This document shows, piece by piece, positions 8,902 through 18,317 of a DNA stretch of 46,505 nucleotides. The notes below the pieces were generated by a model. That model saw only the letters and a list, made by a program, of their open reading frames with translations. It searched no databases and was not told where the DNA came from. A program made the translations under genes and the position numbers. Position 1 is the stretch's first letter. Every line of letters starts with the position of its first letter. Source of the stretch: Minisyncoccota bacterium (GTDB lineage: Bacteria; Patescibacteriota; Minisyncoccia; Phycocordibacterales; UBA918); assembly GCA_021129515.1 (NCBI GenBank), contig JAJOLD010000001.1:1-46505 (forward strand). Direction: 5' to 3'.

Positions 8902-9186
8902 CTACTCAGTAGCTGGTACTACGTCTGCGACCTTCTTGGTACGCATACGCCCGTCAAATCGGAGTTTACGCATGGTGCGGAAGAGTACTTTTCCTGGCAT
9001 GAGTGCAAAGAGAGTATGGTCTTTACCAGCTTTGACGTTTTTTCCGGGTTCAATTTTTGTACCGCGCTGTCGTACGAGAATTTCACCCGCCTGCACAGCC
9101 TGTCCGTCTGCGCGCTTCACACCCAGATATTGTGGATTTGAATCGCTTAGGTTTTTTGCTGAACCACCAGCTTTTTTATGTGACAT
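8902..9186 (-). CDS. rpmA: 50S ribosomal protein L27
   Basis: [31 protein letters not shown] and GKDHTLFAL. Confidence 0.97.
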   Translation of the reverse strand: MSHKKAGGSAKNLSDSNPQYLGVKRADGQAVQAGEILVRQRGTKIEPGKNVKAGKDHTLFALMPGKVLFRTMRKLRFDGRMRTKKVADVVPATE

Positions 9187-9284
9187 GGTTGATTATCTAA
9201 TGCATTACGTACGTGCGTTTGCGGGCACGATTGTCTGTACGTGTATCTCAGATACTGCGTACACACTCATGTATAATTAACCGG

Positions 9285-9683
9285 GTGAGTATACAAGAGA
9301 AGTATAGGAATAGCAAGTCTCGAGCTGCTGAATCGCACAGTATCATACCGTATCTGCGTACCTACTGGCGTGAAGAACACTATATTGCCGTACTCTTGGT
9401 GTTCGTGGCATTGGTGTCGTTTGCCTTGGGACAATATTCGGTGCGAGGAATACCAATAGTTACTGAACATACCGCACATCATGCGCAGCGCATTCAGATT
9501 GCATCAAGTACTACAGATACGACACCGGTACACTATGTCGCATCAAAAAAGGGCACCAAATACCATTTACCGTGGTGTACAGGTGCTGATCGCATACATG
9601 ATGCTAATAAGGTGTTTTTTGCCTCTCAAGAAGCAGCGATAGCAGCTGGTTATACTCCTGCAGGTAACTGCAAGGGTATATAA
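9285..9683 (+). CDS. membrane-anchored protein with a C-terminal Ada-type metal-binding domain
   Basis: One TM segment, then YVASKKGTKYHLPWC...FASQEAAIAAGYTPAGNC. The GTG start lies 7 nt after TATAAT (9272-9277). Confidence 0.75.
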   Translation: MSIQEKYRNSKSRAAESHSIIPYLRTYWREEHYIAVLLVFVALVSFALGQYSVRGIPIVTEHTAHHAQRIQIASSTTDTTPVHYVASKKGTKYHLPWCTGADRIHDANKVFFASQEAAIAAGYTPAGNCKGI

Positions 9684-9742
9684 GCCTGATATGCACATAC
9701 TGCAATGCCTTTCTATACCACGTGTACTGATTCGATGTCACT

Positions 9743-10989
9743 ATGCATACCATTGGACTGCTCGACTGTAATAATTTTTTTGTATCGTGTGAACGACTCT
9801 TTCGCCCTGATTTGTTGCATCGCCCTGTAGTGGTGCTTTCTTCAAATGACGGGTGTGTGATTGCGCGCTCTAATGAGGCAAAAGCGCTCGGTATACCCAT
9901 GGGTATACCGTACTTTCACGTGAAAGATATATGCGCCACAGAAAAAATAGTGGTGTTTTCATCGAATGGTGCCTTATATCGTGATATTTCACGGCGTGTC
10001 ATGCATATTGTGGCTGCACTTGGTACTCAATACGAGGTGTATTCTATTGATGAAGCATTTTTTACGGTCCCTACAGATGTCTGCACAAAGACGCTGGTAC
10101 GACGTATTCGGGATACGGTATGGACAGCGGTTGGTGTGCCTGTATCGATTGGTATTGCCTCAACAAAAACAATTGCTAAATACGCTAACACCATGGCAAA
10201 AAACGCTGATGATATCGGGGTTCTTGATGATGCGGCGTGGTATGTTGCGATGTCGAGTTGTTCATGTGGCGCACTCTGGGGGGGTGGTGGACGTACCGCA
10301 GCAACGTTGCGTACACATGGCATACATACCGCTGCTGATATACAGCAACGGGGTATTGGTACCATGCGCGTTGTGCTCGGCATCATCGGTGAGCGGCTAT
10401 ATTTAGAGCTTACAGGATCAGTAGTGGACCCTGTGGGTGCACCACATGAGGATATTGAGCAGCAAAGCGTTACTAGCTCACGCTCCTTTGCCCAAGTAAC
10501 CACAAAGCGGTCTGAGCTCCGGAGTGCCGTTGGGTATCACACGGTACGGCTCGCGGAGAAAATGCGTGCGCGGGGGAAGGTTGCAGGGAAGGTTTTGGTG
10601 CGTATCACCCCAGGCAGGCATGATCGGGAATACGACGCAGTCTATGCTGCTTCAGCACTCATGGCATATGCAACAAACGATACACGCAACTTACTCAAAA
10701 CAGCGCTCGCGTTATGTGCAGAAGTGTACACACCAGGGGTGCGTTATAAAAAGCGGGTTTCACCTTAGGCGAGGTGACAGTGTCGGAGCAAACGCCATCG
10801 TTGTTTGCACATACCCACGAAACGCAATCGTCACTCGATGATGTACTCGATAGTATCAACCGCGCACATGGCGCGGGCACCGTACGCCCTGGTGTGGTGC
10901 ATGCGCAGGGTATTGCAACACGGCGTCAGTATCGGTCACCTGCATATGCAACGCAGTGGAGCGATATCTGTACGGTAAAAGCCATATAA
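9743..10989 (+). CDS. Y-family DNA polymerase (UmuC-like), frameshifted at the A5 run 10748-10752
   Basis: LLDCNNFFVSCER, VLSSNDGCVIARS, YSIDEAF and SSRSF. Adding one A gives YKKAG and joins the UmuC-type tail (SPAYATQWSDI). Confidence 0.85.
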
Positions 10990-11278
10990 CAGACACGTCT
11001 TTTATGACCGTAATGTGTCTGTAATACATACCATGTTCCATCCCCATACTATCGACATAAGTTATCAACACAAGGTCAAAGACATGGTTGTATAGGTCAC
11101 GTATACTGTAGTCAGGTCGATTGAGGTATATAAGTCAACCGATAGGTTATGAGTAAAACGGCTGTACATTTTTTGTACGATTCATAACATACCTCTCCAT
11201 TGACTTTCTTCGATTGAGACGTATCTCGGCGAGGTCACCCAGATACAACAGTTATTTATTATTTATAATATAAAGTAC

Positions 11279-12407
11279 ATGTACGCTTTACATCTGCAAG
11301 CGTCTATGTACCGAGGGATCGCGACTCTCGTTGCACTAGCGCTTGTATATGGGCTGTAGGAACCCACATGTTCACTCAGAAAGTTGAGGCTGCGAACCTT
11401 ACCAGCATGAGTGACCTTCTTACAGACTCAGCACCCGGTGAGGATTCAGTTCACACGGTACCTTCACCACCCCTAATGGAATGTTAATCGGCGCAGATTT
11501 TGATGTTCAATTCCCAGTAGGATTTGATCTCACTGCACTCGCCATCGGTGATATATCGATGACCGTAGGAGGTGGCGCAGCAACACTTGCTGCAACCGCT
11601 GCTGCCGGCACATGGGGTGTTTCTATCGCAGGTCAAGACGTTACCTTTGAAACACCAACTGATGGGGGAGTCGCATCTTCAACAGAGCTTGTTATTACAA
11701 TCGGGCAAGAGGGAGGTAACATGATTACCAATCCAACTGCCACTACTTCGTATGAAATTACCGTCTCTGGAAGCATGCAGGATTCAGGACAGACACGAGT
11801 GGCAATTATTGACAACGTGCTCGTGACTGCGAACATTAACACAATACTGACGTTTACTATTAGTGGAACGTCCACTGGCGCAACAGTGAATGGTAGTGCG
11901 ACCACTACGTTTGCTGATTCGACCAGTACGGCACTGCCATTTGGGACGCTCAGTTCGGGAGTCTCCAAAACACTGGCACAAGACTTAACAGTTGCAACCA
12001 ACGCCATTAATGGCTATGTGGTAACTGTTGAGCAAGATAGTCAGCTGCAATCATCTACTGGTGCAGATATCGACGGATTCGCCGATGGTGCATGGGATAC
12101 TGATCCAGTAGCATGGACTGCTCCGTCAAATAGTATTACGGACGAAGACACATGGGGTCACTGAGGTCTCACCTCAACTGACGGTACTGCCAACCGGGGC
12201 GGTGGATCAAATGAATTTGGTTCAGACGAATGGGTTGCTGCAAGTACCACACCTATTAATGTGATGTACCATGACGGTCCTGCAGATGGTGTTACTGAAG
12301 ACATCGGACGCGCAACGGTTGGATATCAAATCCAAATTACTGCACTCCAGGAAGCGGGTGACGACTACAACACTACGCTTACATATATTGCAACACCTAC
12401 TTTCTAG
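11279..12407 (+). pseudogene. secreted pilin/WxL-like subunit 1, interrupted by two -1 indels (~11348, ~11460) and an in-frame TGA (12162); may be consensus errors
   Basis: The reconstructed frame reads signal peptide, AANLTSMSDLLTDSAP..., LTVATNAINGYVVTV ... WGH*GLTS ... QEAGDDYNTTLTYIATPTF. Confidence 0.7.
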
Positions 12408-12426
12408 AAAAGTGTCCGTTGCATAC

Positions 12427-12456
12427 ACAAAAAACTCCCCTCGGGGAGTTTTTTGT
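12427..12456 (+). terminator. intrinsic terminator
   Basis: acaaaaaactcccc-tc-ggggagttttttgt. Confidence 0.8.
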
Positions 12457-12512
12457 TCATACACATGTTGCGTATAAATATCGTTGCTATACATGCTATG
12501 CTTATAGGTACA

Positions 12513-14624
12513 ATGCAGAAATCATTCATTGCTACTGCGGTATGTGTATTGAGTATTTTTTTTGTACACCCCACACAGACAGATGCAGCAACACGATGTA
12601 GCCAGTATACCGGTTCGTCAAATACACCTCGTACCACACTTGGTGCACCGTATGATTTGTTTGATACAGCAAAGACATTGCTGTTTACCGCGGACTGTAC
12701 TGATGATACGCTCAGTATTACTCTAGGAAATACAAAACGGAATCACCTAATGTACAGTATTGTATATGCTGAGTTTGAAGCTGGTCAATATACACCACTC
12801 AAGCTGACTACAACAAATAACCGTATTAGCTCAACCGATTGGTTGCTCATCAACACGGTGCAGGGAGATATTGCGATTCCCCAAAGTGCGCAAGGGAAGA
12901 CTATTAATATCTATGCCTACATGTGCCAAGTGCGCGTAGGTGCAGAAGGAAAAAGCTTGAAATGTGGCTGCAATGAAAATAATCGTGATACGTGTGTGAA
13001 TCAGCATGGTACGCATCTTGGTACTTGGAATCATCAACGAGTAACATTACCAAGTTCGAGTGGTACTCGTGAAGGTGGTGAGAACTATGGTGTTGATACA
13101 CTTGGGCCTGATGTTGTAGAAGATGCGTGGCGACCACCGTATGATGTTGACAATATTATCAAGCCAGTAGACCCTGTACCATATTTAGAAAAGTTTGATT
13201 TACCAAGCTGTAACAGTAGCGACGCATTCATTATTGATAGCAATAGTGATTGGGGACAAATCAATAGCTCACAATATCGAGTGTTCTGTGTAAAGCCAGG
13301 AGATTATCGTGGTGTTGGAAGAATCACCCTCACTGCTGATGGTTCATCATCTAAGCCACGGGTTATCCGATTACTTAATAGCAATGTAACAACCGACAGG
13401 CATATTGTGAATATTGGTGCCGGTGATCTTGCCCGGGTGAAAAGCTTCTACTTTAAAAATGCTGATCACTGGATTATTGACCGTATGTTTATTTCGTATG
13501 GCGAAGCACCACCTGTGCAGTTCCATGGTTCATCGAATAACATTATCAACGGTATGCGGTTGGAAAATGAACATAGTGGTGTGCTGTTTCATCATGGTTC
13601 ACACTATAATATGTTCCAAAACGGATATGTGTATCGACGTGGCGTAGGGGAGAATGTGTGTTTCCACTGGCCAAGCTGGTTTGGTCCTAATGGTATGAGT
13701 CCTGTAATTGCAAAACACAATGCGGTGGTTAATAACGAAATACGTGACTGCGGCGATGGGTTTCAGCCACAGACACATGGAGTTCGAAATGGAAAAGATT
13801 TGAAAGAAGAGTTTGATGGTACAAAAATCATTGCCAATGATATATATCTCACCTCAGACAAGTATGCCGATTGTAGTACGGGACGTCGTACGCCATCGGG
13901 TAAGTGTGCTTGTGCTGAAAATGCAGTTGATATTAAAGTTGGTGGATCTGCGGCACATCCAATGATAGTCAAAGGAAATACCATGTGGGGATGGCGACAG
14001 GCGGTCAAGACGTGCGATGGAAAAGCAACTTCACATAGCGATTGGGGAAATGCTATGCATGCCCACCAAGTCGCCAAAGACATTATTGTGGAGGACAACA
14101 TTATGTTTGATTCTGATAGAGGGTACAGTAGTGTACGACATGCAAAGAATGTTGTGGTACGTAATAATCTCTTCTATAACATTAAAGATTATCCAGTATT
14201 GGTGTATCACGATACAACCAACTGTTCGAGCTTCCGCGGTTTTGGTAATACATCGAGTTGTGTGCTCAATAACTTCACTATTACCAACAATGTCATTCAT
14301 GGAGGAAGAAATTGGTTCTCTGGAGGAACGATTGGCCCAACCAATTCCCGGTTGAGTTGTAATGTGGTGCTCGATGCTGGTGGTGCTGTGGGAAAAAAGA
14401 ATGGCAGCACGCAGGTGTCTCAAAATTCATTTTATGACGCAAGTGCAGGTACGTATGGGGGGTCTGGAGATGTGCGCAAAAGCGGGGTAAGTGCTGCACG
14501 GCATGATGATGTGTGTGTCACGACACGATTCTTCTCAAATCCAACCAAAAAGTGTTTCAACGATGTAAAACCAACTGGGCAAAGTCCACATGCATGTACG
14601 GGAGTAGGGCTTACTAATTGGTAG
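12513..14624 (+). CDS. secreted Cys-rich protein with right-handed parallel beta-helix (pectin-lyase-like) repeats
   Basis: Signal peptide and Asn-ladder repeats (HNAVVNNEIRDCGDG, IIANDIY, IVKGNTMW, IVEDNIMF, VRNNLFYN, ITNNVI) plus ENAVDIK. Start placed after TGcTATGCT (12494-12502). Confidence 0.7.
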   Translation: MQKSFIATAVCVLSIFFVHPTQTDAATRCSQYTGSSNTPRTTLGAPYDLFDTAKTLLFTADCTDDTLSITLGNTKRNHLMYSIVYAEFEAGQYTPLKLTTTNNRISSTDWLLINTVQGDIAIPQSAQGKTINIYAYMCQVRVGAEGKSLKCGCNENNRDTCVNQHGTHLGTWNHQRVTLPSSSGTREGGENYGVDTLGPDVVEDAWRPPYDVDNIIKPVDPVPYLEKFDLPSCNSSDAFIIDSNSDWGQINSSQYRVFCVKPGDYRGVGRITLTADGSSSKPRVIRLLNSNVTTDRHIVNIGAGDLARVKSFYFKNADHWIIDRMFISYGEAPPVQFHGSSNNIINGMRLENEHSGVLFHHGSHYNMFQNGYVYRRGVGENVCFHWPSWFGPNGMSPVIAKHNAVVNNEIRDCGDGFQPQTHGVRNGKDLKEEFDGTKIIANDIYLTSDKYADCSTGRRTPSGKCACAENAVDIKVGGSAAHPMIVKGNTMWGWRQAVKTCDGKATSHSDWGNAMHAHQVAKDIIVEDNIMFDSDRGYSSVRHAKNVVVRNNLFYNIKDYPVLVYHDTTNCSSFRGFGNTSSCVLNNFTITNNVIHGGRNWFSGGTIGPTNSRLSCNVVLDAGGAVGKKNGSTQVSQNSFYDASAGTYGGSGDVRKSGVSAARHDDVCVTTRFFSNPTKKCFNDVKPTGQSPHACTGVGLTNW

Positions 14625-14781
14625 TGCTGTAGTAACTGTGTATGGTATGTGCAGTGTATAGTGAACCTGCAATGGGGTGCAGTTTCTGTGGTGTGTGTGC
14701 TCTGTCTATAATTTCTTTATGTATAGTGTTTTTCTAGAGATTCATACATTGGAGTGGTATTATTGAACGAAGTTTCAACGT

Positions 14782-15848
14782 ATGCACTATATTCACATAG
14801 CTGCATTTTTAGTATGGGTGCTTATTTCATTTTTTGATACGGCGTCTATTGCACATGCGCAAGGGGGTGCTGCAGGCATCACCCTTGTACCTGCGGTGCT
14901 TGAAACTGCGGCAAATCCTGGAGATACACTCACTGAAACACTCATCATCACCAATCATAACGATGAGGAAAAAGAATTTTTTCTTGTAACAAAGGACATT
15001 ACTGGTGTTGAAGCTGGTGGTGTCCCTATGTTTGCTGAGGAAGGTGCCGAGGTGACTGGATTTGAAATGACAGAATGGATTGCTTTAGACCGCACCTCGG
15101 TAGTGATTCCTGCAGGTGGGGAAGTGCAGATTCCGTTAGTGGTTACGGTGCCTAATGATGCGTCGCCAGGAAGTCACTTCGGTGGTGTATTTGCCTCGGT
15201 TGCCGCACCAAGGTTACGAGAAATTGGTGCGGGTGTTGGTTATGAGGTGGCTAGTATTATTAGTATCCGTATCAATGGAGATGTTATTGATAAGGCGCGC
15301 ATTCGTTCATTTTCCACAAGTAAGCTGATTTATGGTGAAAAGAATGTTGCATTTGAAGCAATGGTTGAGAATCAGGGAAACATTATGATTCGACCACGTG
15401 GTCCGGTCACAATTACAGGTATGTTTGGGAAGCCAGTGACATTTGTAGTGAACGATACCCTTCCGGGGTATTCCCAGGGGCACAACGTCCAATAACCTTT
15501 TCTTGGGAGGAAAAAGGTATTGGTTTTGGAAAATATGACGCAGTACTTGCGCTCGTCTATGATGGGCAAGGTGGGCAAAAAACAATTGATGCGCGTGTGT
15601 CGTTTTGGATTCTGCCGTCAAATATTGTAGTACCGATTCTTGCTGCGCTCTTTGTGCTGTTCTTGGCAGGATACATCTTTGCAAAACTCTATGTCCGACA
15701 AGCAGTTGCACGAGCAACTGGTGGCAGACGAGCTCGAAATGTCCGCACTCGACGGCGGAGAGGTGTATCAAAATTTGCATTTGTTATGGTGTCACTTTTT
15801 GCCGCTGCAGTGGTGTTCTTGATTGTGCTCTTACTGCTTACAGTATAG
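14782..15848 (+). CDS. membrane-anchored two-Ig-domain protein (DUF916/PapD-like), frameshifted at the G4 run 15465-15468
   Basis: Signal peptide, GITLVPAVLETAANPGDTLTETLIITN, VPNDASPGSHFG and ENQGNIMIRPRG. Adding one G links it to GFGKYDAVL...SFWILP and two TM helices. Confidence 0.7.
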
Positions 15849-15885
15849 CGTGGACGTGCTACTATGATGGGATACGAAATTGCAT

Positions 15886-16302
15886 ATGAAACAACATTCT
15901 ATGTATCACAAAATACTACGAGTAAGTGCGGTGGTGCTTGCAGTTGTGCTGCTTTTTGATGGTGGATTCGTAGCCCCAATGACCAAACAGCTATCTGAGA
16001 ACACCTCGCAGTATTTAGCGCAAAGTGTGGGGTTGTTTGCGTCGGTAGAGCAAACAGAATTAAATACCTATACCGCACAACTGACCGCAAAAGAACGTGA
16101 GCTTGCAGCACGTGAAGCGGCGCTTGTGGAGCGAGAAATTGCAAACCGCGATTTTGCAACCCCTGAACAACCTGATTATTCAATTTATATCCTTAGTGCC
16201 ATACTCTTTATTCTGACAGTACTTATTGTCTTGAATTATGCACTCGATTGGACTCGTGCTGCACGTCCACGGATGGCTGTGGCTGGAGCTGTGCAGAAGT
16301 AG
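15886..16302 (+). CDS. small membrane protein (TM - coiled coil - TM)
   Basis: Hydrophobic segments flank LTAKERELAAREAALVEREI. Confidence 0.75.
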   Translation: MKQHSMYHKILRVSAVVLAVVLLFDGGFVAPMTKQLSENTSQYLAQSVGLFASVEQTELNTYTAQLTAKERELAAREAALVEREIANRDFATPEQPDYSIYILSAILFILTVLIVLNYALDWTRAARPRMAVAGAVQK

Positions 16303-16338
16303 CGCTACGAGTAAGTCGTTTCAGCGTATAATGCATAC

Positions 16339-17166
16339 ATGAGACGAGTACTTGGAGGGCTCAGATGGCTTTTGGTGACGATGGGTATTGTCCTACTTAC
16401 GAGTATTACTATTGACGCAACCACCTCACATACCATTAGTCAATCAGCATTGGGCATTTTGGCTCGCACTGTCACGCAAACAACATGTCCTACCGGTATG
16501 GTAGAACATACCACTGCAGACCGTCGTTTTTGTATTGACGTATATGAAGTATCACCGAGCTGAGCCTGTCCGTTTGAGACGATAGCAAGTATTGAAGATA
16601 CTCGTGCAAATATCGATGAGCCAGATTGTATGCCTGTATCAATACACAACGTATCACCATGGGTATATGTCACCACACACCAGGCACGGGCACTGTGTGC
16701 TCGTGCAGGGAAGCGACTGCCGACACATGAGGATTGGTACACCGCTGCGCTCGGGGTGAGTGATGTTGCGTCTGACCCTGTGTGCAATGTTGCAGGACAA
16801 GCTGTGGCAGACACTGGTGCGCATGCGTAGTGTGTATCGGGGAGTGGTATCTATGACAGTATCGGAAATGTATGGGAGTGGATTGATGCATCGGTAACCG
16901 ATGGCAGGTACGGTGCGTCGACGCTGCCTGAAAGTGGCTATGTGCATGGCGTGGATCAGTATGGTGTTGCACTCCTCACTGGTGACACGGGTCATTCCGA
17001 TTATCATCATGATTATGTGTGGACACAGCCTGATGGTACATACAGTATGATGCGTGGTGGTTTTTATGGTAGTGGTACCGATGCTGGTTTGTATAGTATT
17101 CAGGCTGCTGTGGTGTCAGAGTTCTCGGGTGTGGCAGTCGGGTTTCGGTGTGTAAAAGATATCTAG
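16339..17166 (+). pseudogene. FGE-sulfatase/C-type-lectin-fold protein, paralog 1, with two in-frame stops (TGA 16561, TAG 16828)
   Basis: Three ORF pieces lie in one frame: CPTGMV, CIDVYE, CARAGKRLPT..DW, DSIGNVWEW, RGGFY and VGFRC. Confidence 0.8.
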
Positions 17167-17185
17167 TTGTGTATGCAGTAGGACC

Positions 17186-17989
17186 ATGAAAGCAATTAAA
17201 ATAACACTTATTATACTCTGTTCGGGCATTGTGACTGCGCTTGGTATTGATGCTGCGGATACCCTAAAAGGTGCAGAAGGCACCCTCCTTTCACAGGTCA
17301 TCCGCACCAGTGAGACTGGGTGCCCTGCGGGGATGGTGTCTGTTGCGCATGTTGTGGGTGTCCGGTGTGTTGATGTGTATGAGGCAGGTGCGAGTGCTGA
17401 CTGTCCCGTACAACATCCAGCAAATACGTTTGATACGGTTTCGAATCTAAACGATGCTTCGTGTCAGGTAGTGTCAGAGGTATCGGTCGTGCCGTGGCGG
17501 TTTATTACTCGCGATCAGGCGATGCAGATGTGTGCTCGTGCAGGGAAGCGGTTGCCTACAAGTAGTGAGTGGTACCAGCTGAGTTTAGATATGGTTGATG
17601 GAGAACAGCAGTGTAATACGAATACCTCACAAGTGCTCCCAGCAGGAGATACCACGGCCTGTGTATCTTCGCATGGCATATTTGATATGGTTGGGAATGT
17701 ATGGGAATGGGTAGGTGATGATGTGATTGATGGTGTGCACAATGGTCGTGCTCTACCACCTTCTGGATATGTGACCCAAGTTGATGCGGGCGGTATTGCG
17801 GTATATACCGCAGATACGCCATCGGAGGTATTTGGTTCAGATTTCTTCTGGTCAAATGATGTTGGTGCCTTCGGCATGATACGCGGCGGGTACTATGATA
17901 GTGATACTGATGCCGGTATATATACCGTGCATGCAGATACACCACCAAACTTTGCTGGTGCTGCTATTGGTTTTCGATGTGTTAAGTGA
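17186..17989 (+). CDS. FGE-sulfatase/C-type-lectin-fold protein, paralog 2
   Basis: N-terminal hydrophobic segment, then CPAGMV, CARAGKRLPTSSEW, DMVGNVWEW, RGGYY and IGFRCVK. Confidence 0.88.
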   Translation: MKAIKITLIILCSGIVTALGIDAADTLKGAEGTLLSQVIRTSETGCPAGMVSVAHVVGVRCVDVYEAGASADCPVQHPANTFDTVSNLNDASCQVVSEVSVVPWRFITRDQAMQMCARAGKRLPTSSEWYQLSLDMVDGEQQCNTNTSQVLPAGDTTACVSSHGIFDMVGNVWEWVGDDVIDGVHNGRALPPSGYVTQVDAGGIAVYTADTPSEVFGSDFFWSNDVGAFGMIRGGYYDSDTDAGIYTVHADTPPNFAGAAIGFRCVK

Positions 17990-18020
17990 CCAAACGAGCG
18001 TACGCGACTATTGGGAACCT

Positions 18021-18200
18021 AGTTCCCGATTTGCGGTATTCATAGCAAATCGCTGGAACTCGAAGTCTGAAGTATTGCTAAAGACGATGGTCTTGCGTTA
18101 GTTCTGGATTTTGCCCTTACCTAGGCAAAATCCCTAGAACTCGCGGTCGGCATTATCGCTACAGGTGATGGTACTATGTTAGCTCCCGATTTGCGGTTTT
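18021..18200. repeat. ~80-bp degenerate tandem repeat (two full units and one partial) carrying a bulged hairpin
   Basis: Units start at 18021, 18100 and 18181. The hairpins at 18021-18060 and 18100-18141 share architecture, and the 39-nt linkers match at 26 of 39 positions. Confidence 0.75.
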
Positions 18201-18317
18201 CTTACAGAAACTGTCTATATACTGGGGTTTTGAGGCTGGTTCTAAGGTTTCCATATACATAACATGGGAACAGCCGAAAAAACCTGTCGATTGGCTACGG
18301 TACAATACAGATATACC

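Noticed and set aside
12162-16830. Stop-codon recoding (TGA as Gly or Trp) to explain the in-frame stops
   Set aside because: TGA is a true stop at 17987-17989 and 20124-20126 (the paralog ends at the same NWTG with TAG). One internal stop is TAG, and the 19.7-kb ORF has no internal TGA.
18021-18200. CRISPR array or integron attC sites
   Set aside because: The spacers resemble each other while the repeats diverge, and there is no cas or integrase gene. The ends read GTT...AAC, the reverse of attC.
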